From assembly GCA_964520065.1 (NCBI GenBank), contig CAZFMC010000004.1, forward strand, positions 2,513-66,512: 64,000 nt of DNA. The letters are read 5' to 3'. The notes beneath the pieces were generated by a model. That model had not been told where the DNA came from. It did no database searches and saw only the letters and a list, made by a program, of their open reading frames with translations. Source of the DNA: an uncultured Ruminiclostridium sp. Its GTDB lineage: Bacteria; Bacillota; Clostridia; Oscillospirales; Ruminococcaceae. Positions 31,012-40,753 of the stretch are shown piece by piece. A program made the position numbers and the translations under genes. Position 1 is the stretch's first letter. Each line of letters opens with the position of its first letter.

Positions 31012-32262
31012 ATGGCAAGTGAAATTCGTGACGAAAAGCTCTGGGAGAGCGGCAGAAGAAAAATCGACTGGGTGGAGCAGAATATGCCCCTTCTCAGAAG
31101 CTATAAGGCTGAATTTGAGGAAACAAAGCCTTTCGCAGGTCTGAAAATCGCACTTTCGGTTCATCTTGAGGCGAAAACCGCGTATCTTTGCGAAACCTTC
31201 GCAGCAGGCGGCGCGGAGATGTATATTACGGGCAGTAATCCGCTTTCCACGCAGGACGACGTTGCGGCGGCTCTCGCGCACGAGGGCTTGAACGTTTTCG
31301 CATGGTACAACGCTGACGAGGAGGAATATCACCGCCATATTTCGCGGGTTATCGAGGCAGGACCGAATATTATCATCGACGACGGCGGCGACCTTGTAAA
31401 TCTTATTCACAACGAATATCCCGAGCTTATTCCGAACGTTATCGGCGGCTGTGAGGAAACCACAACGGGCATTATCCGTCTTATTTCGATGAACAAGGCG
31501 GGTAAGCTGAAATTCCCCATGGTGCTGGTAAACGACGCAGACTGCAAACACCTTTTTGATAATCGCTACGGAACAGGGCAGTCCGTCTGGGATGGAATCA
31601 ACCGTACAACCAACCTTATTGTTGCGGGTAAGAACGTCGTTGTCGCAGGCTACGGCTGGTGCGGAAAGGGCGTTGCTATGCGTGCAAAGGGATTGGGCGC
31701 AAAGGTCATCGTAACCGAAATCGACCCGATTCGCGCAATGGAGGCGGTTATGGACGGCTTCACTGTAATGCCGATGGTTAAGGCGGCGGAAATCGGCGAC
31801 TTTTTCATTACCGTAACCGGCTGCCGCGACGTTATAACCGAGGAAGCTTTCTACAAAATGCACGACGGAGCTATTTGCTGCAATGCGGGACACTTCGACG
31901 TTGAAGTCGATGTTGCAGGACTGCGCGAAATTGCGGTCGAAGCAAAGCTTGCGCGGAATAATATAATGGGATACAAGCTTTCCAACGGCAACACCGTCTA
32001 CGTTATCGCCGAGGGCAGACTTGTAAATCTTGCGGCGGGCGACGGACACCCCGCAGAGATTATGGATATGAGCTTCGCAATTCAGGCGCAGTCCGCGCTG
32101 TATCTTGTGAAAAACAGGGACAAGCTCACAGATATGATTGTGAACGTTCCGAAAGAGGTTGACCGTGCGGTTGCCGAAAGAAAAATAAAGTTCTGGGGCT
32201 TTGAAATTGACAAGCTTACCGACGTTCAGGAGAAATATCTGAACAGCTGGAACGCGGAATAA
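31012..32262 (+). CDS. ahcY: Adenosylhomocysteinase
   Basis: SNPLSTQD, DDGGDL, EETTTG, KHLFDNRYGTG, GYGWCGKG, EGRLVNL..GHP. Confidence 0.98.
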   Translation: MASEIRDEKLWESGRRKIDWVEQNMPLLRSYKAEFEETKPFAGLKIALSVHLEAKTAYLCETFAAGGAEMYITGSNPLSTQDDVAAALAHEGLNVFAWYNADEEEYHRHISRVIEAGPNIIIDDGGDLVNLIHNEYPELIPNVIGGCEETTTGIIRLISMNKAGKLKFPMVLVNDADCKHLFDNRYGTGQSVWDGINRTTNLIVAGKNVVVAGYGWCGKGVAMRAKGLGAKVIVTEIDPIRAMEAVMDGFTVMPMVKAAEIGDFFITVTGCRDVITEEAFYKMHDGAICCNAGHFDVEVDVAGLREIAVEAKLARNNIMGYKLSNGNTVYVIAEGRLVNLAAGDGHPAEIMDMSFAIQAQSALYLVKNRDKLTDMIVNVPKEVDRAVAERKIKFWGFEIDKLTDVQEKYLNSWNAE

Positions 32263-32279
32263 CGGAAAGGTAGAGGCGT

Positions 32280-33215
32280 ATGGATTCGGCTTCACAGGCT
32301 GTATTGAATCAGACAATAATAATGTTCATCATTCTGATAATAGGCGCGATCTGCTATAAGGTCGGACTGATAAACGACGAGGGAAAAAAGCAGCTTTCAT
32401 CGCTTGTAATGTATGTTGTAAATCCACTGCTTATTTTTCTTGCGTATCAGACGGATTTCCGTACCGAGCTTCTTTCGGGGCTTTTGTGGACGGCGATTAT
32501 GGCGGTAATTACCTACGCGGCGTTTATCCTGCTTTCCAAGCTGTTTTTCCGCGAAAAGGAGGGCAGGGAAGCCGCCGTCGAGCAATTCTCGGTTGTATAT
32601 TCCAACTGCGGCTTTATGGGAACTCCGCTTATATTCGGCGTTTTCGGCAGCGAGGGCGTATTTTTGCAGAACGGCTTCATTACCGTATTCAACCTCTGCG
32701 TCTGGACGCACGGACTTATGACAATGCGGGGCGACCGCAAGGCTTCGGTGCTGCGCGCGGTAAAAACCCCCGCCGTAATTGCGGTTCTGATTGGAATGGT
32801 GTTGTTCTTTTTGCGGATTCGACTGCCCGAAATCCCGTATACCGCGCTGAATAACGTTGCTGAAATGACCACGCCGCTTGCTATGATAGTCGCGGGAGCT
32901 TCAATTATAAGCTCGAACATTGTAAAAAGTCTGAAAAACGTTCGCGTGTATCTGGTAGCCGCCTGCCGCTTGCTGCTGTTTCCGATTATCGGATTTCTGC
33001 TTATTATGTGGCTTCCCGCAAGCGAAACAGCGAAGCTGATAACGCTTATAGAAATCGCCTGCCCGACCGCGACAATCGGAATGATGTTTGCGATAACGTT
33101 CAACAAGAACGCGGAATACTGCTCTCAGATTTTCGCAGTGACGACCCTGCTTTCAATGGGCACGCTGCCGCTTGTGGTGTGGCTGGGAAGCACTGTTCTT
33201 GAACTGCTGAGGTGA
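32280..33215 (+). CDS. AEC family transporter
   Basis: About 10 TMs, SNCGFMGTP, TPLAMIVAG. Confidence 0.88.
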   Translation: MDSASQAVLNQTIIMFIILIIGAICYKVGLINDEGKKQLSSLVMYVVNPLLIFLAYQTDFRTELLSGLLWTAIMAVITYAAFILLSKLFFREKEGREAAVEQFSVVYSNCGFMGTPLIFGVFGSEGVFLQNGFITVFNLCVWTHGLMTMRGDRKASVLRAVKTPAVIAVLIGMVLFFLRIRLPEIPYTALNNVAEMTTPLAMIVAGASIISSNIVKSLKNVRVYLVAACRLLLFPIIGFLLIMWLPASETAKLITLIEIACPTATIGMMFAITFNKNAEYCSQIFAVTTLLSMGTLPLVVWLGSTVLELLR

Positions 33216-33218
33216 ACT

Positions 33219-34427
33219 ATGGAATTTTTTGATATTGCTGTAATCGGCGGAGGAGCTTCGGGTCTTACCGCCGCGATTTTTGCCAAGCGAGCTTCTCCCG
33301 CGCTTCGGGTCGGCATATTCGAGCGGCTTTCGCGGGTGGGAAAAAAGCTGCTTGCGTGCGGGAACGGTCGCTGCAACTACACCAACGAGAATATCTCCCC
33401 CGAATTTTATCACGGGAGCTGCTCGGAGCTGATTTCGGATTTCGGTTTTGATGTCCGTGATTTTTTTGTTTCGCTGGGCGTTTACGGGTTTTCCGACAGC
33501 GAGGGCAGAGTCTACCCTCTGAGCGAGAATGCAGGCTCGGTTCTTGACGGTCTGCGGCTTGAAGCGGCTAAGCTTGGCGTGGAGCTATTCTGCGACTGCT
33601 CGATTGACAATATAAAAAGGGAAAAGGCTTTTCGTATTTTTTCGGGCGAGCAGTCCTTTGCGGCAAGGCGGGTAATTCTGGCGGGCGGCGGAATGTCGCA
33701 GTCGGCACTGGGGAGCGACGGCTCGGTTATTCGTCTGGCGAAAAGACTGGGTGTGGAGTGCGCTCCGCTCCGACCCGCGCTTACGCCGCTGAAAACTGCG
33801 CCCGAGCTTGTACGTCCGCTGAAAGGACTTCGCGTGAACGCGGCGGTAACGCTTAATGAGTGCAGCCGCGCTGTAAAAAGCGAGAAGGGCGAGGTTCAGT
33901 TCGGCGACGGCACGCTTTCGGGAATTTGCGTTATGAATTTGTCGCATTGTTATCGTGACGGCGGGGATTTTTCGCTGTCGCTTGATTTGCTTCCCGAAAT
34001 GGCGGAAAAGCAGCTTGCCGATATTCTTTACGGGCTGCGTGAAATGCGCGCAAGCGCTCCGCTTGAGGATATGCTGAGCGGGCTTTTTCACAAGCGCGTC
34101 GGACTTTATCTGCTGAAAAAAAGCTGTTCGCACGCGCTGACAGAGCCGACCGCCTTACTGTCCGACGGCGAAATCAAATCTGCGGCGGGGCTGATAAAAT
34201 CGCTGCGTTTTCCAATTATCGGCGCGGTCGGCTTTGAAAAATCACAGGTTACTTCCGGCGGAATCCTGCGCTCGGAAATAACCGACAGCTTTGAAATAAA
34301 GCGGGTTCGCGGGCTTTATTGCTGCGGCGAAATGCTTGACGCTGCGGGGGACTGCGGCGGTTATAATCTTACGTTTGCCTTTGCGAGCGGCGCGGCGGCG
34401 GGAAAGGGTGCGGCAAAAAGCTTATGA
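33219..34427 (+). CDS. HI0933/BaiN-like flavoprotein
   Basis: IGGGASG, GKKLLACGNGRCN, QVTSGG, GDCGGYNL. Confidence 0.9.
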   Translation: MEFFDIAVIGGGASGLTAAIFAKRASPALRVGIFERLSRVGKKLLACGNGRCNYTNENISPEFYHGSCSELISDFGFDVRDFFVSLGVYGFSDSEGRVYPLSENAGSVLDGLRLEAAKLGVELFCDCSIDNIKREKAFRIFSGEQSFAARRVILAGGGMSQSALGSDGSVIRLAKRLGVECAPLRPALTPLKTAPELVRPLKGLRVNAAVTLNECSRAVKSEKGEVQFGDGTLSGICVMNLSHCYRDGGDFSLSLDLLPEMAEKQLADILYGLREMRASAPLEDMLSGLFHKRVGLYLLKKSCSHALTEPTALLSDGEIKSAAGLIKSLRFPIIGAVGFEKSQVTSGGILRSEITDSFEIKRVRGLYCCGEMLDAAGDCGGYNLTFAFASGAAAGKGAAKSL

Positions 34428-36016
34428 TACGTATTAACGACATTTATCTGCCGCTTGATTACAATGACGAAAGGTTGGCGCGTTCTGCCGCGAACGCTGT
34501 CGGCTGCAAGGCGGACGAGCTGCGCGCGGTAAAGCTGGTAAAGCGGTCGGTTGACGCGCGGAAAAAGCACGATGTTCATTTTATCGCCTCGGTGGAGGCT
34601 GAATTAAGGGACGAGCAGCGCGTTTTGCGCCGTTTGCCTCCGAACAAGGCGGCAGCTGTAACCGAACAGCCTTACATTCAGCCGCTTGCGGAGGATATTT
34701 CGGGCGAGCCGCCTGTTGTGGTCGGCTTTGGTCCTGCGGGAATGTTTGCGGCGCTGACCCTTGCGGGAGCGGGACTTAAACCGCTTGTGCTTGAGCGCGG
34801 AACTGACTGCGACAGCCGAATTGCGGCGATAGAAAAATTCCGCAGCGAAGGGCTTCTTGACGAAAATAATAATGTTCAGTTCGGCGAGGGCGGCGCGGGA
34901 GCTTTTTCAGACGGAAAGCTTACAACGGGAATCCGCGACCCGCGCATACGCCACGTTTTTCGTACTTTTGTTGAATTTGGCGCGCCGAGCGAGATTATGT
35001 GGCAGGCAAAGCCGCATATTGGTACGGACAAACTGCGTGTTGTGATAAAAAATATTCGGCGGGAAATCGTTCGGCTTGGCGGAACGGTTCTTTTCGGTGC
35101 GAAATTTGTTGATTTTACGCAGAAGGACGGACGGATTTCCGGCGCGGCTTACGAGCTTGACGGTAAGCGCTGCGAGGTCGAAACGCGGAATGTGATTCTT
35201 GCAATCGGACACAGTGCGCGCGATACCTTTGAAATGCTGGACAGCAGGCATATTAAAATGGAACGTAAATGCTTTGCTATGGGAATGAGAATCGAGCATC
35301 TCCAGAGCGAGGTGAATCGTTCGCTTTACGGCGATTTTGCGGAACACCCGGCGCTTGCAGCGGCTGATTACAAGTACGCAGTTCATCTGCCGAACGGGCG
35401 CAGCCTGTACACCTTCTGTATGTGTCCCGGCGGATATGTCGTTGCGGCGGCTTCTGAAAAGGAAACCTGCGTTACGAACGGAATGAGTCTTTTTGCGCGC
35501 AACGGAAAAAATGCAAATTCCGCGCTGCTTGTGAACGTTGAAACAAGCGATTTTGGCGCAGGCGGGGTGCTTGCAGGAGTTGAGCTTCAACGGAAAATTG
35601 AACGTGCTGCATTTACAGCGGGAGGAAGCAGCTACAATGCCCCCGCCGCGCTTGTGGGTGATTTTCTTGCAGGGCGAAAATCCGACAGTCTTGGCGGAGT
35701 TACGCCAACGATTCTCCCGTCGGCGGTATTTGCAGAACCCGAAAGCTATCTCCCCGAGTTTATAACCGATACTCTCCGCGCGGGAATCCCGCTTATCGCA
35801 AAGCGGGCTGATTTTTTCCGTGCTGAGGACGCAGTGCTGACAGGCGCGGAAACGCGAAGCTCGTCGCCTGTTCGGATTTTGCGCGGCGGGAAGCTTTGTT
35901 CGGAGTCGTTGGTCGGTCTGTACCCCTGCGGAGAGGGCGCAGGGTATGCGGGCGGAATTGTTTCTGCGGCAGTTGACGGTATAAAATGCGCGGAGGGAGT
36001 TGTTGAAAATGGCTAA
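34424..36016 (+). CDS. FAD-dependent oxidoreductase
   Basis: VGFGPAG, QFGEGGAGAFSDGKL, FCMCPGG, GEGAGYAGGI. Confidence 0.88.
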   Translation: MIRINDIYLPLDYNDERLARSAANAVGCKADELRAVKLVKRSVDARKKHDVHFIASVEAELRDEQRVLRRLPPNKAAAVTEQPYIQPLAEDISGEPPVVVGFGPAGMFAALTLAGAGLKPLVLERGTDCDSRIAAIEKFRSEGLLDENNNVQFGEGGAGAFSDGKLTTGIRDPRIRHVFRTFVEFGAPSEIMWQAKPHIGTDKLRVVIKNIRREIVRLGGTVLFGAKFVDFTQKDGRISGAAYELDGKRCEVETRNVILAIGHSARDTFEMLDSRHIKMERKCFAMGMRIEHLQSEVNRSLYGDFAEHPALAAADYKYAVHLPNGRSLYTFCMCPGGYVVAAASEKETCVTNGMSLFARNGKNANSALLVNVETSDFGAGGVLAGVELQRKIERAAFTAGGSSYNAPAALVGDFLAGRKSDSLGGVTPTILPSAVFAEPESYLPEFITDTLRAGIPLIAKRADFFRAEDAVLTGAETRSSSPVRILRGGKLCSESLVGLYPCGEGAGYAGGIVSAAVDGIKCAEGVVENG

Positions 36017-36185
36017 AACTAATTGTGAAGAATGTTCGTACTATATTTATAATGATGATTTTGAGTGTTATCAGTGTGAGATAAATATGGACGAGGACGA
36101 GATGTACCGCTTTATGAGCGCGTCGGACTATGCCTGCCCGTATTTCAGGGCGGAGGACGACTATTTCCTTGCAAGAAAGCAGTAG
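36009..36185 (+). CDS. Small Cys-rich conserved protein (DUF6472-like)
   Basis: CEEC..Y...C..NMDEDE...CPYF...RKQ; overlaps the upstream stop. Confidence 0.7.
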   Translation: MAKTNCEECSYYIYNDDFECYQCEINMDEDEMYRFMSASDYACPYFRAEDDYFLARKQ

Positions 36186-36206
36186 CGTAAAAATTAAATT
36201 TGATAG

Positions 36207-36235
36207 TTGACAAATGTAACAAAATGTGCTATTAT
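36207..36235 (+). promoter_or_regulatory. SigA promoter driving the long leader of the XRE-like gene
   Basis: TTGACA-17 bp-TATTAT with TG extension. Confidence 0.75.
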
Positions 36236-36305
36236 ATTCCTTGGGCAGTCGTTTGCGAGCAGAGAGATATACGCCGACTGTACAGACATTTTGAGGAGCA
36301 AAGAT

Positions 36306-36377
36306 ATGACAGAATACAGGCAGTTGAGAATAAGTTTGTTTAACAAACTTCAATATATATATATATATATATACTAA
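36306..36377 (+). CDS. Putative 23-aa leader ORF MTEYRQLRISLFNKLQYIYIYIY
   Basis: GAGGAG RBS 7 nt before ATG; ends through the (AT)n tract. Confidence 0.35.
   Translation: MTEYRQLRISLFNKLQYIYIYIY
36353..36373. repeat. (AT)10 dinucleotide microsatellite
   Basis: Perfect 21-bp alternating AT run. Confidence 0.95.
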
Positions 36378-36430
36378 TTATTTTGGAGTGCTTCCGCAGG
36401 AATCTACAACAATAATCCGGAGGTGCGGAA

Positions 36431-36862
36431 ATGGCTGCTGAAAATATTAACGAAGAATTATTGAGTTTAATTGAAAAAGACCCGAACGGATTTCTTGAAA
36501 AAATAGACGAGTGGAAGCTGGGCAGCTACGACAGTATGTTTATCAGCTATCTGTATTCATTGATGGAAAGTAAGGGCATAAAGATAAAACAGCTTATTTA
36601 TAATACGTCGATGAGCCAGTCATATATTTATCAGATTGCGTCAGGGCGCAGGCATATGGGGCGCAACACCGCGCTTATTCTCGCCGCAGCGATGCGGCTT
36701 GACCTTGAGCAGACGCAGACGTTTCTCAGATATTCGTGCAACGCGCCGCTCTGTCCGTCTATAAGGCGCGACGCGGTTATTATATGCTGCGTATGCCGCG
36801 GAATGACGTATGAGGAAACCGACGAGCTGCTGACCCGAATGGGAGAGCAGGGGTTGGTTTAA
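36431..36862 (+). CDS. XRE-like helix-turn-helix protein
   Basis: IKQLIYNTSMSQSYIYQIASGRR HTH-like segment and RRDAVII motif; GGAGG RBS. Confidence 0.72.
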   Translation: MAAENINEELLSLIEKDPNGFLEKIDEWKLGSYDSMFISYLYSLMESKGIKIKQLIYNTSMSQSYIYQIASGRRHMGRNTALILAAAMRLDLEQTQTFLRYSCNAPLCPSIRRDAVIICCVCRGMTYEETDELLTRMGEQGLV

Positions 36863-37069
36863 GGGGAAGAAGAATTGTTTCAGAGGGCAATTTACAGATT
36901 GTTAGCTCGTGCGGCAAATACCTCTTGCTGTTCTTGATTTGTGTTATATTTCTTAAATGATTGAGACTTTTCTGTTGATTTGTGGTGAAATCCAATTCTA
37001 ACGGATCCCAATCATTTTTTTATTTTCCAAGTATTTTATTTCACATCTATTGTAACACTACAATCGTTA

Positions 37070-37098
37070 TTGACACAAAAAATTAAATATGGTATAAT
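37070..37098 (+). promoter_or_regulatory. SigA promoter of the glycan locus
   Basis: Consensus TTGACA-17 bp-TATAAT. Confidence 0.85.
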
Positions 37099-37130
37099 AA
37101 AAAAAATATTTGGAAACGAGTTGTTAGAAA

Positions 37131-38273
37131 ATGAAAATTGCTGTAAATATTCAGCCGATGCTCCATTCGGACAAGTCCGGCATAGGCTTTTATGAACTGG
37201 AGCTGCTTAAGGCTTTGACGGATTATGATAAAAAAGACAGCTTTATCCTGCAGTATTTTGATTTGAAAAGGAAGCAAGGTAATCTTGACGCTCGGTTCAG
37301 TGAAAAAAGCGTTTCTTTACGTCCTTGCCGCTGGTTCAATGCAACTCTGTACCAGCTTATGTGGACGTTTCTTCCTGTTCCGTACACTTTGTTTTTTAAA
37401 GACAGACCCGATGTGACAATGTTTTTTAACTATTTCCTCCCCCCATTTGCAAGAGGAAAAAAGCTTCTTGTTGTTTGTGATACAGTGGTAAAGGATTACC
37501 CCGAAACAATGAGCTTCAAAACACGAACTGCGCTTAGGCTTACTCTAAAACGCTCAATAAAACGCGCTGACAAGATAATAACAATTTCGCAATTCAGCAA
37601 GGGTCAAATAGTTAAGCATTTTGGCGTTGCACCGGAGGATATCCTTGTTATACCATGCGCTGCCGATGAAAAAAGGTTTTATCCCATTGACGACAGAGAT
37701 GGAGTACGAAAAAAAGTCTGTCCGAAATATGGCATTGACGGAAAATACTTTCTCTACCTTGGTAATCTTGAACCGAGAAAAAATATTACAAGGCTGATTG
37801 AAGCATACAGCATTGCTGTGCAAAAAAAATCCGATCTGCCGTTATTGGTAATAGCAGGCGGAAAAAGTTGGCAGTATAAGGAAATATTCGACAAGGTGAA
37901 AAGTGTTGACCTCGCCGGCAAGGTTATTTTTACAGGATATGTTGACGACGACGACGTTGTATTGTTAATGAACGGTGCAGAAGCCTTCTGTTTCCCCTCG
38001 CTGTACGAAGGCTTCGGTATGCCGCCTCTCGAAGCGATGGCGTGCGGCACTCCCGTCATTGTTTCAAACGTCTCTTCCCTGCCTGAGGTGGTAGGTGGAT
38101 GCGGTATTTCCGTTGACCCGTACAATGTATCCGAAATATCAGACGCTCTCATCAAAATGACTGACGCGACATTTAATAATGAACAAAGAGTTGCAGGCAT
38201 AGAACGAGCAAAGACTTTTTCGTGGAAAAAAAGCGCTGAGCTTTTAACGGCAGAATTAGAAGGATTGGAATGA
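37131..38273 (+). CDS. GT4 glycosyltransferase (mannosyl/rhamnosyl-like)
   Basis: GNLEPRKN, FPSLYEGFGMPPLEAMACG. Confidence 0.92.
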   Translation: MKIAVNIQPMLHSDKSGIGFYELELLKALTDYDKKDSFILQYFDLKRKQGNLDARFSEKSVSLRPCRWFNATLYQLMWTFLPVPYTLFFKDRPDVTMFFNYFLPPFARGKKLLVVCDTVVKDYPETMSFKTRTALRLTLKRSIKRADKIITISQFSKGQIVKHFGVAPEDILVIPCAADEKRFYPIDDRDGVRKKVCPKYGIDGKYFLYLGNLEPRKNITRLIEAYSIAVQKKSDLPLLVIAGGKSWQYKEIFDKVKSVDLAGKVIFTGYVDDDDVVLLMNGAEAFCFPSLYEGFGMPPLEAMACGTPVIVSNVSSLPEVVGGCGISVDPYNVSEISDALIKMTDATFNNEQRVAGIERAKTFSWKKSAELLTAELEGLE

Positions 38274-39385
38274 AAAAACTGAAAATACTACAAGTAAATA
38301 AGCTTTATTATCCTTGGATCGGCGGCATAGAGTCGGTTGTAAGAACCATCGCGGAAAAGCTGAACCGCGAAACCGAAATGACGGTTCTCGTGTGCCGTGA
38401 AAGTGGCAAGGGTAAAAAAGAAAAAATCAACGGTGTTAATATAATAAGGGCAGGAAGTATGGGAATAAAATTTTCAATGCCCCTATCTCTTTCATTTCCA
38501 TTTCTTGTGCGAAAATACGCAAAAAACACCGATGTGCTGATACTCCACGACCCCTTTCCTCTGGGGGATCTTGCGGTGCTGCTTTCGGGATTTCGCGGAA
38601 AAGTCATTGTCTGGTGGCACAGCGACATTATCAGACAGAAACGTCTTGTAAAGCTCATAAAACCCGTGATAAATGGCATACTGAATAGAGCTGACGCTAT
38701 TTTTACAACCTCCGAGAGCTACATCAGCGGTTCGGAGTATCTTCCTCGTTTCAGGGACAAATGCAGAATTGTTTCGTATGGAATTGAAGAAAAAAAATAC
38801 CTTGAATCACAGCTTACCCCTATACTCAGCAAGCAATTAACAAAAAACTGTAAAAAGCTTCTTTTTGTGGGTCGGCTCGTTTACTACAAGGGAGTTGGAG
38901 TGCTTATTGACGCATTTGCGAGGGTGAGCGGTGCAGAGCTTTTCATTGTAGGTACAGGCAGTGATGAAGAGGCTCTCAGGGCGCAGGCAGAACCCTTGGG
39001 CGATAAGGTGCATTTCCTCGGCGTTCTTTCTGATGAGGAGCTTAAATCAGCCTTTGCCGACTGTGATATATTTGTTCTTCCAAGCGTTGAAAAAAGCGAA
39101 GCGTTTGGAATTGTTCAGCTTGAAGCGATGATATACGGTAAGCCTGTTATCAACACCGACCTCGAAACAAGTGTTCCTCTTGTGAGCCTTGATGGTCAGA
39201 CAGGTCTTACAGTAAAAGCCGGAGATGTGAATGAACTTGCTGAAGCCATGAACACGCTCGTTAACGACGCCGCTCTATGTCAAAGGCTTGGAGCAGCAGC
39301 TAAAGAAAGAGTTATTAAGGAATTTACGGTTGATGTCATGACCGAAAAAGTAAAGCATCATATTACAGAGCTGCTTAATTTGTAA
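38270..39385 (+). CDS. GT4 glycosyltransferase
   Basis: GGIE, WHSDI, VGRLVYYKG, SEAFGIVQLEAM. Confidence 0.92.
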   Translation: MKKLKILQVNKLYYPWIGGIESVVRTIAEKLNRETEMTVLVCRESGKGKKEKINGVNIIRAGSMGIKFSMPLSLSFPFLVRKYAKNTDVLILHDPFPLGDLAVLLSGFRGKVIVWWHSDIIRQKRLVKLIKPVINGILNRADAIFTTSESYISGSEYLPRFRDKCRIVSYGIEEKKYLESQLTPILSKQLTKNCKKLLFVGRLVYYKGVGVLIDAFARVSGAELFIVGTGSDEEALRAQAEPLGDKVHFLGVLSDEELKSAFADCDIFVLPSVEKSEAFGIVQLEAMIYGKPVINTDLETSVPLVSLDGQTGLTVKAGDVNELAEAMNTLVNDAALCQRLGAAAKERVIKEFTVDVMTEKVKHHITELLNL

Positions 39386-39543
39386 TTATAATCAATGAAA
39401 AGAAAAGCATCCCCGAAGAGTGGCTTAAATAAGCGATTTTAGGGGATTTGCTGCTTAATTTTGGAATTATTGAAAGCCATTTTTGCTTGTTGGAAACTTT
39501 ATATCGGTTTTATTCAAATTCTATTGGAAGGTAAAATATTTTC

Positions 39544-39572
39544 TTGACATAGCCTAGCATGTGTGATATAAT
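39544..39572 (+). promoter_or_regulatory. SigA promoter for the manC-gmd operon
   Basis: Consensus TTGACA-17 bp-TATAAT with TG. Confidence 0.85.
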
Positions 39573-39652
39573 AAGCATAAGTTACAGTATATGAAATATA
39601 ATAAATGTAAATTTATTTTCAAATGAATTTTTTCAAGAAAAAGGAGGTCAAT

Positions 39653-40726
39653 ATGCGAACTACAGCGGTAATTATGGCAGGCGGCAGGGGCGAACGCTTC
39701 TGGCCCAGAAGCAGAAACAGCTTCCCTAAGCAATTTCTTTCACTTACAGACGACGGAGAAACAATGATTCAGAAAACGGTCGGTCGTCTTGGAGGTATTA
39801 TTGCTGCGGAGGACGTTTTTATTGTTACAAATGAGAGTTATGCTTCTTTGGTAAAGGAGCAGCTTCCGAGTCTTCCTGATGAGAACATTCTGCTTGAACC
39901 GGCTGCGAGAAATACTGCGCCATGTATCGCGTTGGCGGCGGAGGTTATAAGAAAAAAATATGATGACGCCGTTATGATGGTACTTCCCTCTGACCACCTT
40001 ATAAAGTTCAATCAGATGTTTATTGATACGCTGAAAATAGCTTCGGAGGTTGCTCAAAAGGGAAGCGGGCTTGTGACTATCGGCATTACCCCGACATATC
40101 CCGAAACAGGCTACGGCTATATTCAGTTTGAAGCTGATGAGAAAGGGATTCCCGGTGTATATAATGTAAAGAGGTTTGTTGAAAAGCCTAACCTTGAGCT
40201 TGCGAAGGAGTATGTAAATTCCGGTGAGTATCTTTGGAACAGCGGAATGTTCGTGTGGAAGGCTTCTTCCATTGACGCAAAACTTAGAAAATATCTGCCC
40301 GATATGGCAGAGGGAATGGACAAGCTGTATGAAGCAGCGGGTACAGACGATTTTACAACTACTCTGAAGGATGTTTTCCCGAAATTCCGCTCGGAATCCA
40401 TCGACTTCGGCGTTATGGAAAAAGCGTCTGAGGTTTACACGATTCCGGGAAACTTCGGTTGGGATGATGTTGGAAGCTGGCTTGCACTTGAAAGAGTAAA
40501 TAAAACAAACGAATACGGCAATATGATACAGGGTGATGTTATCAGCGTCAATACAAAGAACACCATCGTATGCGGCGCAAAAAAACTTATTGCAACAGTG
40601 GGTATAGAGGATCTTGTGGTGGTTGATACTGATGACGCGCTTCTTATTTGCGCTAAGGATTCCACTCAGGATGTTAAAAAGGTTATTGAAAATCTCAAAA
40701 TATGCAATAGAAATGAATTGGTTTGA
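39653..40726 (+). CDS. manC: Mannose-1-phosphate guanylyltransferase
   Basis: MAGGRGERFWPRSR, EPAARNTAP, ETGYGYI, FVEKP, WDDVGSW. Confidence 0.95.
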   Translation: MRTTAVIMAGGRGERFWPRSRNSFPKQFLSLTDDGETMIQKTVGRLGGIIAAEDVFIVTNESYASLVKEQLPSLPDENILLEPAARNTAPCIALAAEVIRKKYDDAVMMVLPSDHLIKFNQMFIDTLKIASEVAQKGSGLVTIGITPTYPETGYGYIQFEADEKGIPGVYNVKRFVEKPNLELAKEYVNSGEYLWNSGMFVWKASSIDAKLRKYLPDMAEGMDKLYEAAGTDDFTTTLKDVFPKFRSESIDFGVMEKASEVYTIPGNFGWDDVGSWLALERVNKTNEYGNMIQGDVISVNTKNTIVCGAKKLIATVGIEDLVVVDTDDALLICAKDSTQDVKKVIENLKICNRNELV

Positions 40727-40753
40727 CGAGCTATAAAAACAGGAGGATAAATT

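Noticed and set aside
5285-35590. Long antisense ORFs (e.g. 5285-6370, 7488-8498, 14857-15984, 30940-32316)
   Set aside because: They mirror well-conserved genes, a codon-bias artefact; no RBS or domain motifs.
36242-36290. Known riboswitch (T-box, c-di-GMP) in the XRE leader
   Set aside because: Only one hairpin containing AGAGAG; T-box and c-di-GMP consensus elements are absent.
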